NCBI GenBank assembly: GCA_963719945.1
Contig: CAVRDX010000002.1
Location: forward strand, 1 to 64,000
Reading direction: 5' to 3'
DNA from: an uncultured Thermoplasmata archaeon
GTDB taxonomy: Archaea > Thermoplasmatota > Thermoplasmata > UBA10834
DNA length: 64,000 nt
This document shows positions 41,139-52,034 of the stretch, piece by piece. Numbering within the stretch: the stretch's first letter is position 1; the number at the start of each line of letters is the position of its first letter. A program made the position numbers and the translations under genes. The notes under the pieces are model-generated. The model did no database searches. It saw only the letters and a list, made by a program, of their open reading frames with translations, and had not been told where the DNA came from.

Positions 41139-41735
41139 ATGAAAGAGCGCAGAGTCATCAGAGATCCGGCAGCGTTCCAACTGCTGGCCGATGAGACACG
41201 GATGAAGATCATATACATGCTCAGAGCGAATGAGATGACGGTTGGCAAGATTGCAGCCGAACTCACACTCACCCCGCAGACAATCTACCATCACATCAAG
41301 AAACTGCGCGAGGCTGAGATGGTAGAAGTGTCCAGAGAAGAGCGGTCCGACCACCTCGTTGAATCGTACTTCCGCGCGACTGCGGGCGTCTTCCATTTCG
41401 TCGATAACACTTTCTCGGAAGAGCGGGGAGGCATCGAGATAGTCCGGTCGGCCATGGACGCACTCAGAGAACTTGGTTTCGAGCTCGAAACCAGTGAAAA
41501 GCAGATGTCTGCAATACTGAAACTCAAAGAAGAGCTTACACGTAATAGAGGAAATTCTGAGATTCTCGAAAAGATCTACAACATGGACAATATCAATCCG
41601 ATCACGGGAGAAATCCTGGCTGAACTCGCGATGATGATGAAGATGAGCGACCACGAATTTGAGAAATATATAGACACCCAGCGCACCCTAAGGGAGTTTC
41701 TCTTATCCAAGAGAGCTCGCAAGGGTAAGTCCTAG
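41139..41735 (+). CDS. ArsR-family wHTH regulator
   Basis: LADETRMKII..L...EMTV..IA.EL..TPQTIYHHIKKL. Confidence 0.9.
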   Translation: MKERRVIRDPAAFQLLADETRMKIIYMLRANEMTVGKIAAELTLTPQTIYHHIKKLREAEMVEVSREERSDHLVESYFRATAGVFHFVDNTFSEERGGIEIVRSAMDALRELGFELETSEKQMSAILKLKEELTRNRGNSEILEKIYNMDNINPITGEILAELAMMMKMSDHEFEKYIDTQRTLREFLLSKRARKGKS

Positions 41736-41765
41736 TCCCGCCCCCCCATCAAGTGCGATTAGAAA

Positions 41766-43052
41766 ATGAAGGTGTTCTATATGAAACAGAGAAGCGCGCT
41801 CTGGAATCATCGCGATTTCCTCAATGTCTGGACCGCAGAGACGGTTTCGGTCTTTGGAAGTCAGTTCTATTTGCTGGCAATGCCACTCGCAGCAGTCATC
41901 GTGCTCGATGCGACAGCGACCGAGATGGGTATCCTGTTCGCGGTGGAGATGCTACCATTCCTCATCTTCGGTTTATTCGCAGGTGTATTGGCGGATAGGA
42001 TGAGCCGAAGGGCGATAATGATAGTCAGTGACATAGGAAGATCTGTCGCACTGGCGGCCATACCCATATCATGGTACTTCGACGCGATCACATGGCCATT
42101 GATGTATGGGGTGGCCTTTGTCGCAGGCGCGTTCACAGCGTTCTTCGACATCGCATATCAGGCATATCTACCGGTGCTCGTCAAACGGTCCGAACTCCTC
42201 GATGCCAATAGCAAACTCGAAACCAGCAGAGCATCGTCCCAGGTCGCGGGACCGAGCATAGCTGGGTTGGTGGTTGGTGCAATAGGAGCACCACTGGCCA
42301 TTGCAGCCAACTCCTTATCATTCCTAGGTTCTGCATTCTTTCTCTTCCGAGTGAAGAAGAGAGAGATCGTCCAAGAAGCGAGTGCTCAAAAATCTGTTTT
42401 CGCAGAGATCAAGGAAGGCCTCAACATCGTATTCTCCAATAAGATGCTGAGAGGCATAGCCGGATGCACGGCGACTGCGAACCTGTTCGGGAGCATGTCA
42501 TATGCTATCCTCATGCTGTTCATGGAGAGCACTCTGGAGCTCTCCCCGAGTTGGATCGGGGCGATATTCGCTGTGGGCGCATTGGGCTCAGTTGTAGGAG
42601 CTGTGGGCTCCTCGCGAATGGTCTCCGCACTCGGGCTTGGAAAGACGATAGTCATATCCGCTCTGCTGGGAGGCATTCCAACCATGCTGATCATCTTCGC
42701 GTACCCAGGAAACGCCCTCTTCGTGCTGATGCCGATCTGGTTCGTCAACGGGATCGTGTTCGTCATCTACAATGTGAACCAGGTAAGCCTGCGCCAGGCT
42801 ATCACTCCGGATAACCTGCAGGGGAAGATGAATGCCACAATGAGGTTCCTGGTCTGGGGAGTATTCCCGCTCGGCGGGCTTATCGGAGGAGTCCTTGGAG
42901 AAGCCGTCGGTCTCCGCACAACGATACTCATATCAGGAATTGGATTACTTGCATCCGTGGTCTGGGTTGCGTTCTCACCAGTGAGAAGCTTGAAGACGAT
43001 ACCAAAGAGTGTGAGGAGACTCAGGCGATCGGATGATATGCGGGCGAGCTAG
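41766..43052 (+). CDS. MFS transporter
   Basis: About 12 TM helices; G.LADR..RR motif A; RQ..TP..LQG(K/R). Confidence 0.92.
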   Translation: MKVFYMKQRSALWNHRDFLNVWTAETVSVFGSQFYLLAMPLAAVIVLDATATEMGILFAVEMLPFLIFGLFAGVLADRMSRRAIMIVSDIGRSVALAAIPISWYFDAITWPLMYGVAFVAGAFTAFFDIAYQAYLPVLVKRSELLDANSKLETSRASSQVAGPSIAGLVVGAIGAPLAIAANSLSFLGSAFFLFRVKKREIVQEASAQKSVFAEIKEGLNIVFSNKMLRGIAGCTATANLFGSMSYAILMLFMESTLELSPSWIGAIFAVGALGSVVGAVGSSRMVSALGLGKTIVISALLGGIPTMLIIFAYPGNALFVLMPIWFVNGIVFVIYNVNQVSLRQAITPDNLQGKMNATMRFLVWGVFPLGGLIGGVLGEAVGLRTTILISGIGLLASVVWVAFSPVRSLKTIPKSVRRLRRSDDMRAS

Positions 43053-43061
43053 GACTGCTAC

Positions 43062-43352
43062 TCAGGGTTGCTTTTGATGGATGACCTCGTTGATCCACTG
43101 CACGAGCTTCTTGTATGACTCCTCACCCTTGGGGGTGAGCGAGAGCCTCTCGTGTCCGTCATTCGATTCTTCGGAGGCGATCAGCCCCCGGTCGCACATC
43201 CACGAGGCGTATTTCCGGAAGATATCGTAGTTGACTCTTGATGCGATCTGGAGCCTTGTCTTCAGCATGGGCTTCTCCTCCTTCCAGAGTCTCTCGAGGA
43301 GCCGAGCTACCACATACAGATCCGGCTTTTCAAGGGTCTGGGGAGGATCCAT
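43062..43352 (-). CDS. Small winged-helix DNA-binding protein
   Basis: KTRLQIA..VNY..F.KY..W...GLI...LTPKG. Confidence 0.8.
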   Translation of the reverse strand: MDPPQTLEKPDLYVVARLLERLWKEEKPMLKTRLQIASRVNYDIFRKYASWMCDRGLIASEESNDGHERLSLTPKGEESYKKLVQWINEVIHQKQP

Positions 43353-43355
43353 CGG

Positions 43356-45206
43356 TCATACGCCCCTAAGATATCTCTCCATCTCCGTCTTCAGTGTCTG
43401 GAGTCGTCCGATCTGGTCAGTCATCGTAGCCTTGTCCTCCGCCTCTTGGCGCTTCCTCCACCAGAGGTACATGAACACAGCTAGCAAGCCACATATCGCA
43501 GACAATGCAAGGAACACAGAGGCGTAGTCGGAACCACGTGATAGCTGGATGATTCCAATCATCCCAGCACCGACGGCATAGAATGAGAGGAAGAATATGA
43601 GCAACCAGTGGCCTGGCTTCCCGAACATGCCACTCTTTCGTCTCAGCCTAAGCCACTTCGGCATCTCCCCGTACGATTCCGCGATGAGCTCGAACGAGGA
43701 GCCTTCATCGTCTGCCGGCAGCATACCTGAAACCTCCCTCGAGAGCGCGACCGCGAGTCTCGAGGTCCAAGCCTTTAGTTCGTTGATTATCGGTCCTAGT
43801 TTCCTGGCGACCAAAAACCAATAGACGAACGAGGCTACAGCGCCAACCATCAGGCTGAAGAACAATCTGTACATCAACGATAACTCGTATTCCATGTTCC
43901 GCCAGACAAACGAGTTGATTTGAGCGAATGCGATTGCAGAGACAATCAGCATCACCAGGATCCATGCATTGTATTTCGCCCTTGTGGCCTCATAGGCCTC
44001 CGCTGAGATCCGCTTGCCCTCGGATAGACCCGCCACTAACAGCATCCTTGTTTCCGACACCTCATCCTTACGATCAAGCACTGGCAACTGGAACAGCCTC
44101 GGCAGGACCCGATCGCTGGCGAACGCGGACGACCTGTAGAGCATGAACAGCGCAATGACCAAAGGCATCGGAGGAATCATGGTCGCCAAATACGCGGCAA
44201 CTAGCAGGACCAACAGTCCCCTCGACGTGCTTGCGGCGCGAAAGGATAATAGTGTCCCTTCGGGCACGGCTCTCGCAAAGACTTTGATCGCCGAGGTAGA
44301 CGATATCCGGATCGTGCGCTGCAGCAGATTCCCGGAAACCCTGTAGCCCGATAATTGGAGTCTGTGGGTAAGATTGGAGAGCACGATATCCGGATCGCCG
44401 TCCACGATCGAGAGTCTGAACCTCAAGGTGAATACGATCGCGGTGCATACCACAGAAGCAAGCGACAATCGAAGCCCCCAGCCGAATGCGCTGAATGGGA
44501 TCTTCCCATCAATCAGAGCATATTCGAGAGAGCCTACGATGATCACGATTGCAGCTACGAGAGTGACCAGCCCTGCCATTGCAAGAACGGCCTTTCGTCT
44601 CTCGGTCATCCCTATACGAGACGAGGCCTGCCCAGTGTCTTTGCTTCTCAGAGATGCGGAGTTCCTTTCGATTGCATAACCGACGGCCATCGCCATGCCC
44701 AGTAAGATCCCGGCCACTGGAAAGCTGAAGGAGACGCTGGCCTTTGATGTGAGCTGCAGGATCGCCGGCTCCGTCCCTTCGTTGACGTACACAAAGTACG
44801 TCTCCCACATGGTACCTCCGCCACCCATGCCTCCACCGCTGCCTTCGCTCAGCATCCTTGATTCTATACAATCATAGCTCCATCCCTCCTGGAACCTATA
44901 GAAGTTGATTCTGTCGAGCATAAGGAAGCGTATCTCTGACCCGCTCATCACGGAATATTGATGTTCCATCTCCCCAAGGCCATATAGGCCGAAATGAATA
45001 GCATGGTAAGACAACGGTTCGATAACTATCGTTTCGGAGTCGATGCGCTCCGGGAAGATGGTTGCAGACACGAATATCGTGCTCACAAGTATTGCGACGA
45101 TTACAAACGCGAAAACTGAACGATTCACCCTCTCAGGCCATCTGGGCTTGGGCACGCTATCCGTGGTAGCCGAAGCTGTCCCCCCATTCATCGAGTCACC
45201 GCACAT
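43356..45206 (-). CDS. Multi-pass membrane protein
   Basis: 616 aa with many hydrophobic helices. Confidence 0.7.
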   Translation of the reverse strand: MCGDSMNGGTASATTDSVPKPRWPERVNRSVFAFVIVAILVSTIFVSATIFPERIDSETIVIEPLSYHAIHFGLYGLGEMEHQYSVMSGSEIRFLMLDRINFYRFQEGWSYDCIESRMLSEGSGGGMGGGGTMWETYFVYVNEGTEPAILQLTSKASVSFSFPVAGILLGMAMAVGYAIERNSASLRSKDTGQASSRIGMTERRKAVLAMAGLVTLVAAIVIIVGSLEYALIDGKIPFSAFGWGLRLSLASVVCTAIVFTLRFRLSIVDGDPDIVLSNLTHRLQLSGYRVSGNLLQRTIRISSTSAIKVFARAVPEGTLLSFRAASTSRGLLVLLVAAYLATMIPPMPLVIALFMLYRSSAFASDRVLPRLFQLPVLDRKDEVSETRMLLVAGLSEGKRISAEAYEATRAKYNAWILVMLIVSAIAFAQINSFVWRNMEYELSLMYRLFFSLMVGAVASFVYWFLVARKLGPIINELKAWTSRLAVALSREVSGMLPADDEGSSFELIAESYGEMPKWLRLRRKSGMFGKPGHWLLIFFLSFYAVGAGMIGIIQLSRGSDYASVFLALSAICGLLAVFMYLWWRKRQEAEDKATMTDQIGRLQTLKTEMERYLRGV

Positions 45207-45369
45207 GAACCAAGGCTTGTGGTTAGATAAGGGTTACTCCTTGGCGGTGTGTCTGTGGGCGTTCTCCCAATGCTATTCGCCCGATTTTGCAGGTCGTAGC
45301 CAGTCCTCGACCAATCCCCGCCAACCACACTTCAATCAGATACATAGGGATTATGTACCGCTGATAGAA

Positions 45370-46521
45370 ATGATAGCTATAATGAGAAGCTCGGTCATGA
45401 TATCGATCGGCTTATTCGTAGCCGTCAATCTAGCTATCATCGGGGGCTTTAATTTCATCGCTTACGGTCATGCAGAGGACACGGAACCCGAGGTCGAATT
45501 GGTCCCTGAGCCCTGGGTTCACGAGACTCACGAGTTCAATGTATCAGGAGAGATAGATGGCACTCCCACCGACGAATTCTTTGTCAACGAGAAGTGGTCG
45601 ATCGAAGTGCGCCACGGGGACGTGATGACACTCATCATGGCCAGAACCATAACTCAGGATAATGTCGCATCCGTGGATTACACGAACAACATTCATTATT
45701 ACATTGAGGGAAAGCTGTACATAGCTCAATTCATGATCATGGAGTTGGTGTTCAAGATCAGGAGCTATGAAATACATGCGCCCCTGAGCACCTGCAGCGG
45801 TTTTAATTTGGAATATTCACCAACAGTGTATGACGGCACAGTGCCGACCCTCGACTGTAACATCACCTATGAGGGCATCCAGGTCTATTCCGTTGAATCG
45901 TTCCCTATCGGATCGGATGTCTCCACGGTCGATCTGACCTTGGTGCATCACATCAGAGGAGATTGGAACAATACACACATCAAGATCGAAGCATTGCTGG
46001 ATTTCAGCAACACCATGTTCTTCAATCCGGACGACGACCACATAGAGTTCGACGCAGGCGAACCTTTCACCGCGGAGATCAGTTACATGATGATGCTCGC
46101 GAACCCCGAGGATTTTCGCACCATAGGGCCCGTCATTCCATCGGGCTACGCGAACAATACCCTTGAGTATAACTTGACTCTTGATGATGGGACTCCTCTG
46201 ACCGTGTCGAAATTGGACATGAGGGACACCTTCACGATCTATAACGCGAGCGGTTCCCATGACTCGACAGGGTATTCATCCATGGAGGTATACGGCGGAC
46301 AAGCCCACGTCACCCATGGATTCCCGAACCTGACATACAAAGACACCAAATCAATGAAGAGCGACCCGGAGATCACCATATTCCATAATTGGGTCACAGA
46401 GAACGATTATTCTTCGACTGAGGGGACGACTCTTTGGATATTGATACCAGTGATAGCTGGTATCGCAGCGGTTGGCATAGGCATCTTCCTTTACAGGAGA
46501 AGGGGCCACGTATCGGAATAG
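45370..46521 (+). CDS. Cell-surface protein with a C-terminal TM anchor
   Basis: Signal-like N-terminus, acidic beta-rich body, TM helix plus RRR. Confidence 0.7.
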   Translation: MIAIMRSSVMISIGLFVAVNLAIIGGFNFIAYGHAEDTEPEVELVPEPWVHETHEFNVSGEIDGTPTDEFFVNEKWSIEVRHGDVMTLIMARTITQDNVASVDYTNNIHYYIEGKLYIAQFMIMELVFKIRSYEIHAPLSTCSGFNLEYSPTVYDGTVPTLDCNITYEGIQVYSVESFPIGSDVSTVDLTLVHHIRGDWNNTHIKIEALLDFSNTMFFNPDDDHIEFDAGEPFTAEISYMMMLANPEDFRTIGPVIPSGYANNTLEYNLTLDDGTPLTVSKLDMRDTFTIYNASGSHDSTGYSSMEVYGGQAHVTHGFPNLTYKDTKSMKSDPEITIFHNWVTENDYSSTEGTTLWILIPVIAGIAAVGIGIFLYRRRGHVSE

Positions 46522-46630
46522 AATCTCGATTCCTATCCAGTCAGTCAAATGAACTTGTCGTCTATACCTGTAGTCTCATCACGAAATAGCTGGCGCAAAT
46601 AGTAAAATATTCTAGATACAATCTCGAGAC

Positions 46631-47281
46631 ATGGTTCGGGCATCAAGGAAGGGTGATGGAGGCGGGCAGCGCAGGCCTGTCAGAGGTGGTGTCGCACTCG
46701 CCATCCTTGTCATCATCGGTCTCATCGTCTTCTTCCTTTTTGGCGGAGAGCACGGCTATATGCATGCAGATGGCCCTCTCGCCAGTGCACTAGTGTTCGT
46801 CTTCGTTCCAAAGGCTCTGATTCTGGAAGATGATGCCAGTATTGGTCTCTATGCATTCTTTGTGGCATGCACGTTAATTGCGCTGGTGAGCGCGTTCTAT
46901 GCAGTCACCAGGAAAGAATGGACTCTGGCATGGATCTGTTCGCTATTCGGTACTGCTTTCGGCCCATTCACACTTGTGCCAATCTTGATGATTGGCACTT
47001 CGGACATATTCTTCCAGCATGATTCAATATCGGATAGACTCCAAAATCGCAAGGTGGGTCAATTCGTGAGAAAGGACCCGTTTCTAGGTGTAATTGCAGC
47101 AGTCGCTGTTGCCTTCCTTGGTGGAACATCCCTGGTTGTGATACTGGACTCCCTAACGAACAACCTAGCCCTGTCGATTCTGATTCAAGTCGGCATTCTG
47201 ATATTGATATTCTGGTCGGTCACTTTTGTGCGCTCGATAATCGATCAGAGGAAGAAAGCGATCATTTTAGAATCGGATTGA
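46631..47281 (+). CDS. Membrane protein
   Basis: About 6 TM helices. Confidence 0.65.
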   Translation: MVRASRKGDGGGQRRPVRGGVALAILVIIGLIVFFLFGGEHGYMHADGPLASALVFVFVPKALILEDDASIGLYAFFVACTLIALVSAFYAVTRKEWTLAWICSLFGTAFGPFTLVPILMIGTSDIFFQHDSISDRLQNRKVGQFVRKDPFLGVIAAVAVAFLGGTSLVVILDSLTNNLALSILIQVGILILIFWSVTFVRSIIDQRKKAIILESD

Positions 47282-47346
47282 TTCGGTGAATGCTACCAAC
47301 GAAGGTCAAATAACCTATCATACGCTTCTGTGCTACGGTCGGTCAG

Positions 47347-48315
47347 ATGTCACCTGTCGAACTGTCCGGTGTCCACATCCTGCTAACCTACAAGTGCCTC
47401 TACGAATGCGACCATTGCTTCGTCTGGAGCAGCCCACGCTCGCAGGGCACGATGACCCTTGCCCAGCTCGAAGACGTCATAAGGCAGGCACATGAGATTC
47501 CTTCCGTGAAGCGCGTGTACTTCGAGGGTGGGGAACCATTCATATTCTATCCCCTCCTGCGCAGAGGAATCCAGCTCGCAAGGAAGCTCTCCCTCGAAGT
47601 CGGTGTGGTAACAAACGCATACTTCGCCACGGATGATGGTGCGGCTGACCTTTGGCTCAGACCATTGGCGGAGATGGGGATCTCTGATCTCAGCCTCAGC
47701 ACGGATGTTCATCACGGCATCGGGGAAGAGAAGGAGATGGTGCAAAGGGCGAAGAAAGCTGCTGAGAGGCTCGGGATACCAGTTGGGGTAATAGAGATCG
47801 AGGACGTCGAACAGTTCTCTTGCTCTGCACCTAGAGATGAATCGAAAGGGCAGCTCTGCTTCAGAGGCAGGGCGGCGGTAAAGCTTGCGGGAAATGTCAA
47901 GAAGAAACCATGGAAGACCTTCGATACCTGCCCCGAGGAGCCTCCGGCAATCGGCAGAGTCCATGTCGACCCCTACGGTAATGTGCTGTTCTGTCAAGGG
48001 ATATCCATCGGCAATGCATGGAAGAAGCCACTAAAGAGGATCATGTCGGAGCTGGATGCTCGGAAACATCCGATCATCGGTCCGTTGATTGAAGGCGGAC
48101 CTGCGAGGTTAGCCAAACAATTCGATGTGAAGCCAAAAAGAACGTACGCGGACGAGTGTCACATGTGCTATGAGGTCAGATGTGCACTGAGGGAGAGACG
48201 GGCAGTCAGGGAGATCTTGCTGCCGGACCAGCTGTACGGCGTGACATCTGAGGATGCTTTGCAGCCCGAGTTCTCCAAAAGGACAAGGACTTCTCTGAAG
48301 AAGAGGCAAGGATAG
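47347..48315 (+). CDS. Radical SAM protein
   Basis: CLYECDHC, FEGGEP, VTNA; C-terminal C...HVDPYG...C...CHMC. Confidence 0.9.
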   Translation: MSPVELSGVHILLTYKCLYECDHCFVWSSPRSQGTMTLAQLEDVIRQAHEIPSVKRVYFEGGEPFIFYPLLRRGIQLARKLSLEVGVVTNAYFATDDGAADLWLRPLAEMGISDLSLSTDVHHGIGEEKEMVQRAKKAAERLGIPVGVIEIEDVEQFSCSAPRDESKGQLCFRGRAAVKLAGNVKKKPWKTFDTCPEEPPAIGRVHVDPYGNVLFCQGISIGNAWKKPLKRIMSELDARKHPIIGPLIEGGPARLAKQFDVKPKRTYADECHMCYEVRCALRERRAVREILLPDQLYGVTSEDALQPEFSKRTRTSLKKRQG

Positions 48316-48362
48316 ATTCGCAAGAGTCTTTTTGTAAGCCAACCACAATTCAGCCGCCAGGG

Positions 48363-49835
48363 TTGTTGTCAGTGAAAGGGATCAAGCTCAATCAGAACTC
48401 AAGACTGAAAGTCTTGACCGATGACCAGATCGATGCTATACACGACGCCACCCTGAAAATCCTTGAGAGGACAGGTATCAGGTACGACAGCGAAGATGCC
48501 AGGAAGAGGCTTTTGGATGCAGGCGCTGCGAACCATCCCACGAGGAAAGGAGTCATCACATTCCCGAGATCCATGGTCGAGGACGCCATTAGCAAGGTCA
48601 CTCATCGCAACATGTATCCTGCTCGAGACAAGAGATGGGACATCGAGTTCGATGGCGAGCACATGTTCCCGTACGCAGGCGGAGGAGACCCGAAGATAAT
48701 AGATCTGGGGACAGGCCAAGTGAGACACTCGACCTATAACGATATCGAGATGGCAGCCAAACTCGGCGACTCACTCGAGAACAACAACTTCGCATCCAGC
48801 CTGGTGATGGCGAATGATGTCCCGCCTGAGCTGCTGGTCCTGAAGACCGTCGAGGCAGCTATGAAGAACACGGGAAAGGCGGTCACTGCATATGCCCCCG
48901 ACAAGGAAACGGTCGATTACCTTGTGAAGATGTGGGCATGCGTATCTGGAGGAACCGAGGAGCTCCGGAAGAGACCTCTGTTCAGCCTCGGCGGGTCCCC
49001 GAGCAGCCCGCTCACATACTCGGAGCACACCTGCGATGTGTTGCTTCGAAGCGTCGAGCACGGTATCCCGTTCTCCGCCCTTCCCTGCCCTATCTGCGGG
49101 GAGACGGGACCTATGACTCTGGGCGGCGCATTGGCGCAGCAGAATGCTGAACAACTAGGTGGCATCATGCTCATGCAGACGGTGACCACGAGCCTGCCCA
49201 CATACTACTCCGGAAGGGTATGCGTCATGGATCCTCGTTCAGGAAGGGACCTTTGGGGGGTCCCTGAAGAAGCACTCTTGTCTGCGGCCATAGTACAAAT
49301 CGCTCGCAGGTACGGGATGGTGGCAGACACCAACGGTATGTCATCCGACATCACCAGATGGGACATGCAGATGGGGTTCGAACAGATGATGACCGGTCTG
49401 ATACCGGCCCTGGCAGGTGCGGACAGCATATCCGGCCTCGGCAGCGGGTGGGCGAGTGCCAGCAGTCTCGAGATGATGGTCATAAACAACGAGGTCTTCA
49501 ACGATATCGCGAGGATACTCAACGGCATCCGTATCGACGAAGGGAGCCTTGCGATAGACCTGATAGATAAGGTTGGAACCATGGGCAGCTTCCTGGCAGA
49601 ACCTCACACCATGGAGAGCATCCGCGATGGAGAAGTACGCATCTCGTCGCTCTGGGACAAACGGAGTTCAGATAAAGTCACCAAGGAAGGCTTCAAGCCG
49701 ATCCAGGAAACTGCAAGAGACGTTGTGCGGAGACGACTCGAGGACCACGAACCGGAGCCATTGGATAGGGATGTGGTGAACGGGATAGATCAAGTCATCA
49801 AAGAAGCTGCCAGAACATTTCTAGGGAGATCGTAG
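48363..49835 (+). CDS. Trimethylamine methyltransferase (MttB/MtgB) family, non-pyrrolysine
   Basis: IHDATLKILE.TG, SPL.Y, GETGP.TL.GALAQQNAE, G..GSFL...HT; no in-frame TAG. Confidence 0.88.
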   Translation: MLSVKGIKLNQNSRLKVLTDDQIDAIHDATLKILERTGIRYDSEDARKRLLDAGAANHPTRKGVITFPRSMVEDAISKVTHRNMYPARDKRWDIEFDGEHMFPYAGGGDPKIIDLGTGQVRHSTYNDIEMAAKLGDSLENNNFASSLVMANDVPPELLVLKTVEAAMKNTGKAVTAYAPDKETVDYLVKMWACVSGGTEELRKRPLFSLGGSPSSPLTYSEHTCDVLLRSVEHGIPFSALPCPICGETGPMTLGGALAQQNAEQLGGIMLMQTVTTSLPTYYSGRVCVMDPRSGRDLWGVPEEALLSAAIVQIARRYGMVADTNGMSSDITRWDMQMGFEQMMTGLIPALAGADSISGLGSGWASASSLEMMVINNEVFNDIARILNGIRIDEGSLAIDLIDKVGTMGSFLAEPHTMESIRDGEVRISSLWDKRSSDKVTKEGFKPIQETARDVVRRRLEDHEPEPLDRDVVNGIDQVIKEAARTFLGRS

Positions 49836-49945
49836 ACCGTCCATTCGATTGCATTAACGAACGCCTTCCCAATCCATGAAGGATGGGCAAACCAGTATGA
49901 TATTGCTCATCGTGATGCACTGGGCTTCCCTCGGCAAGGTTATAA

Positions 49946-50350
49946 GTGGCCAAAGTGAAATCATCCTCGTCAGGGTCTGGAATGAACAAGCTAGTGGGGG
50001 CTTTGGTGACATTCGCCGGGATATGCCTGGTGATCCTCGGCGCTATTTTCATCATAGCGTGGAGCGTCGAGAATGCGATCGCTGGAGGCATGATGGTACT
50101 GATAGGCGTGGGCCTCATGTACTACATGTACAGGGTCGAGAAGATCGAGGCCGCAAAACCTCAACTCGTGTCTCAGACATTCAATGTCAAGATGTCTGGT
50201 TCAGGCGAGATGGCCCCGAAGGACATGATATGCAAATCATGTGGCGCGCCGATCACCGAGAAGAACTTGAAGGTCATCCAGGGCGGACTCATGGCCACAT
50301 GCCCGTACTGTGGCGCCGTGTTCGCGCTGCAGGAAGCTCCGAAGTGGTGA
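49946..50350 (+). CDS. Two-TM membrane protein with a C-terminal zinc ribbon
   Basis: CKSCGA...CPYCG...E.PKW; first gene of an operon. Confidence 0.75.
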   Translation: MAKVKSSSSGSGMNKLVGALVTFAGICLVILGAIFIIAWSVENAIAGGMMVLIGVGLMYYMYRVEKIEAAKPQLVSQTFNVKMSGSGEMAPKDMICKSCGAPITEKNLKVIQGGLMATCPYCGAVFALQEAPKW

Positions 50351-50366
50351 TATCATCATATCTACC

Positions 50367-52034
50367 ATGATCCGTCCCGCACTGATGTCATGTTCCATCG
50401 TCATGATACTCGTCCTTGCCATAGGCATAAGCGCTTGTCCGTTCTCCAATTCGGCCGATGCAGCGGCGACATACAGCTTCAGTGTCGAGTATGAGCGCTT
50501 GGATGTCTTCGTGCTCAAGGACGGGAGTATCGACATAGACTACTCATTCGGAATGACGAACTTCGGATATCTTGATGGAGTCGACATAGGCCTGCCCAAC
50601 AAGTACTATGACCTAGACTCGGCCGAAGCCACGATCATTGTGAACGATCAGGAGTACGCTCCCGCTCTGATACACAAATCACCTTACGTGGAAATCGGAG
50701 TGGCCGTCGAGTTCACGAGCACAGTGATGGCGTTGATCGACACATATGGCACATCATTCCAGCTGGATTTCCATATCAACAACCCGCATATGGTGTACGA
50801 GAACGAGCTCGTGGAAGGCACTGTCGGCATAGCAATGAGACCGACCTGGTTCGGCGACGCGTATCAGGTGGGTCCGACCGAGGAGCTCACTGCGAGGGTG
50901 TTCTTCCCCGATGGATTCGTGAACGTCACCGATGCCGTCTACCTCGAAGGGCAACCATGGAACGAGATAGGGATCGACCCCGGGACAGGGCTATTGGTCG
51001 CCACATGGACCGCGTCGAATGCCTATCCCGCGGGCATCGCGTCTGGCGAATTCGATTTCGGCGCGGGGTTCCCTGCAGAGTTCGTGGACAGTTATGTGCG
51101 CCATACGGTCTGGAACTCGATCGCGGACTTCTTCGCCTCACTCTTGGAACTGGTCTGCCTCTGCATACCCATCATAGCCCTTGGGGGATTCATATTCCTC
51201 ATATACATGATTGACAGGGCCAGCAAGGCCGCGAAGAGGAAGGATTACTTCAATCCGGCCATGGGAGTCGTCGGCTCGGGCCCACGGAGGGACCTCACCG
51301 CAGTAGAAGCTGCAATCGTACTCGAGAGACCTCTCGAGATGGTGGCGACCATGATACTCTTCGGATTGGTGAAGAAGGGTATGGTGAGGATAGACTCGGA
51401 TCAGAGACCGATGAAGCTGACGAAACTAGGAGCCGAGGGGGAACACACCTACGAGACCGACTACCTCAGGGGGATCGGTCCCGATGGTCAGCTGGATCGC
51501 ACACAGCTGGAGGTGACCCTTGTCGACCTGATAAAGAGGACCGAGACGAAGCTCGATGGCTTCAACTATAGACACACCAAGAATTACTATCAGGAGATAT
51601 GCTCCGCCGCGTGGAAACAGGTCAAGGATGCTGGAACCCCCGAGGAGTTCGCATCGGTCCTTTCCGACAAGCACGAGTGGATGATGCTCGACAATCACTA
51701 CGAGACGCAGATGCGACACTATTTCTTCGCCATGCCATACGTCTACGTGCCCATGACGCACTCCGTTTACGAACACACTATGCCGACAGCACAAGTGTCT
51801 CCCCAGCAGCTTGCATCCAACTACGCTACGAGCGTCAAGAACGCGAGCAACAACGTTGTCTCGAATTTCAAGTCTCTGGCATATGATATAGCTGGAAAGA
51901 CGAACCCCGTGACGACGTCCACGGGTTCGGGTTCTGGTTCGTACCTCAAAGGTGGCGGCGGATTCGGTGGATTCGGAGGAGGATGCGCGTGTGCATGTGC
52001 ATGCGCATGTGCCTGCGCTGGGGGTGGAAGATGA
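50367..52034 (+). CDS. DUF2207-like membrane protein with a C-terminal (Cys-Ala)6-GGGR tail
   Basis: Signal peptide, extracellular beta domain, TM helix, DLTAVEAA, Gly-rich linker, then CACACACACACAGGGR. Confidence 0.8.
   Translation: MIRPALMSCSIVMILVLAIGISACPFSNSADAAATYSFSVEYERLDVFVLKDGSIDIDYSFGMTNFGYLDGVDIGLPNKYYDLDSAEATIIVNDQEYAPALIHKSPYVEIGVAVEFTSTVMALIDTYGTSFQLDFHINNPHMVYENELVEGTVGIAMRPTWFGDAYQVGPTEELTARVFFPDGFVNVTDAVYLEGQPWNEIGIDPGTGLLVATWTASNAYPAGIASGEFDFGAGFPAEFVDSYVRHTVWNSIADFFASLLELVCLCIPIIALGGFIFLIYMIDRASKAAKRKDYFNPAMGVVGSGPRRDLTAVEAAIVLERPLEMVATMILFGLVKKGMVRIDSDQRPMKLTKLGAEGEHTYETDYLRGIGPDGQLDRTQLEVTLVDLIKRTETKLDGFNYRHTKNYYQEICSAAWKQVKDAGTPEEFASVLSDKHEWMMLDNHYETQMRHYFFAMPYVYVPMTHSVYEHTMPTAQVSPQQLASNYATSVKNASNNVVSNFKSLAYDIAGKTNPVTTSTGSGSGSYLKGGGGFGGFGGGCACACACACACAGGGR

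Noticed and set aside
51984-52019. DNA microsatellite or CRISPR-like repeat
   Set aside because: Synonymous codon variation shows a protein-level repeat. I saw no repeat-spacer array anywhere in the window.
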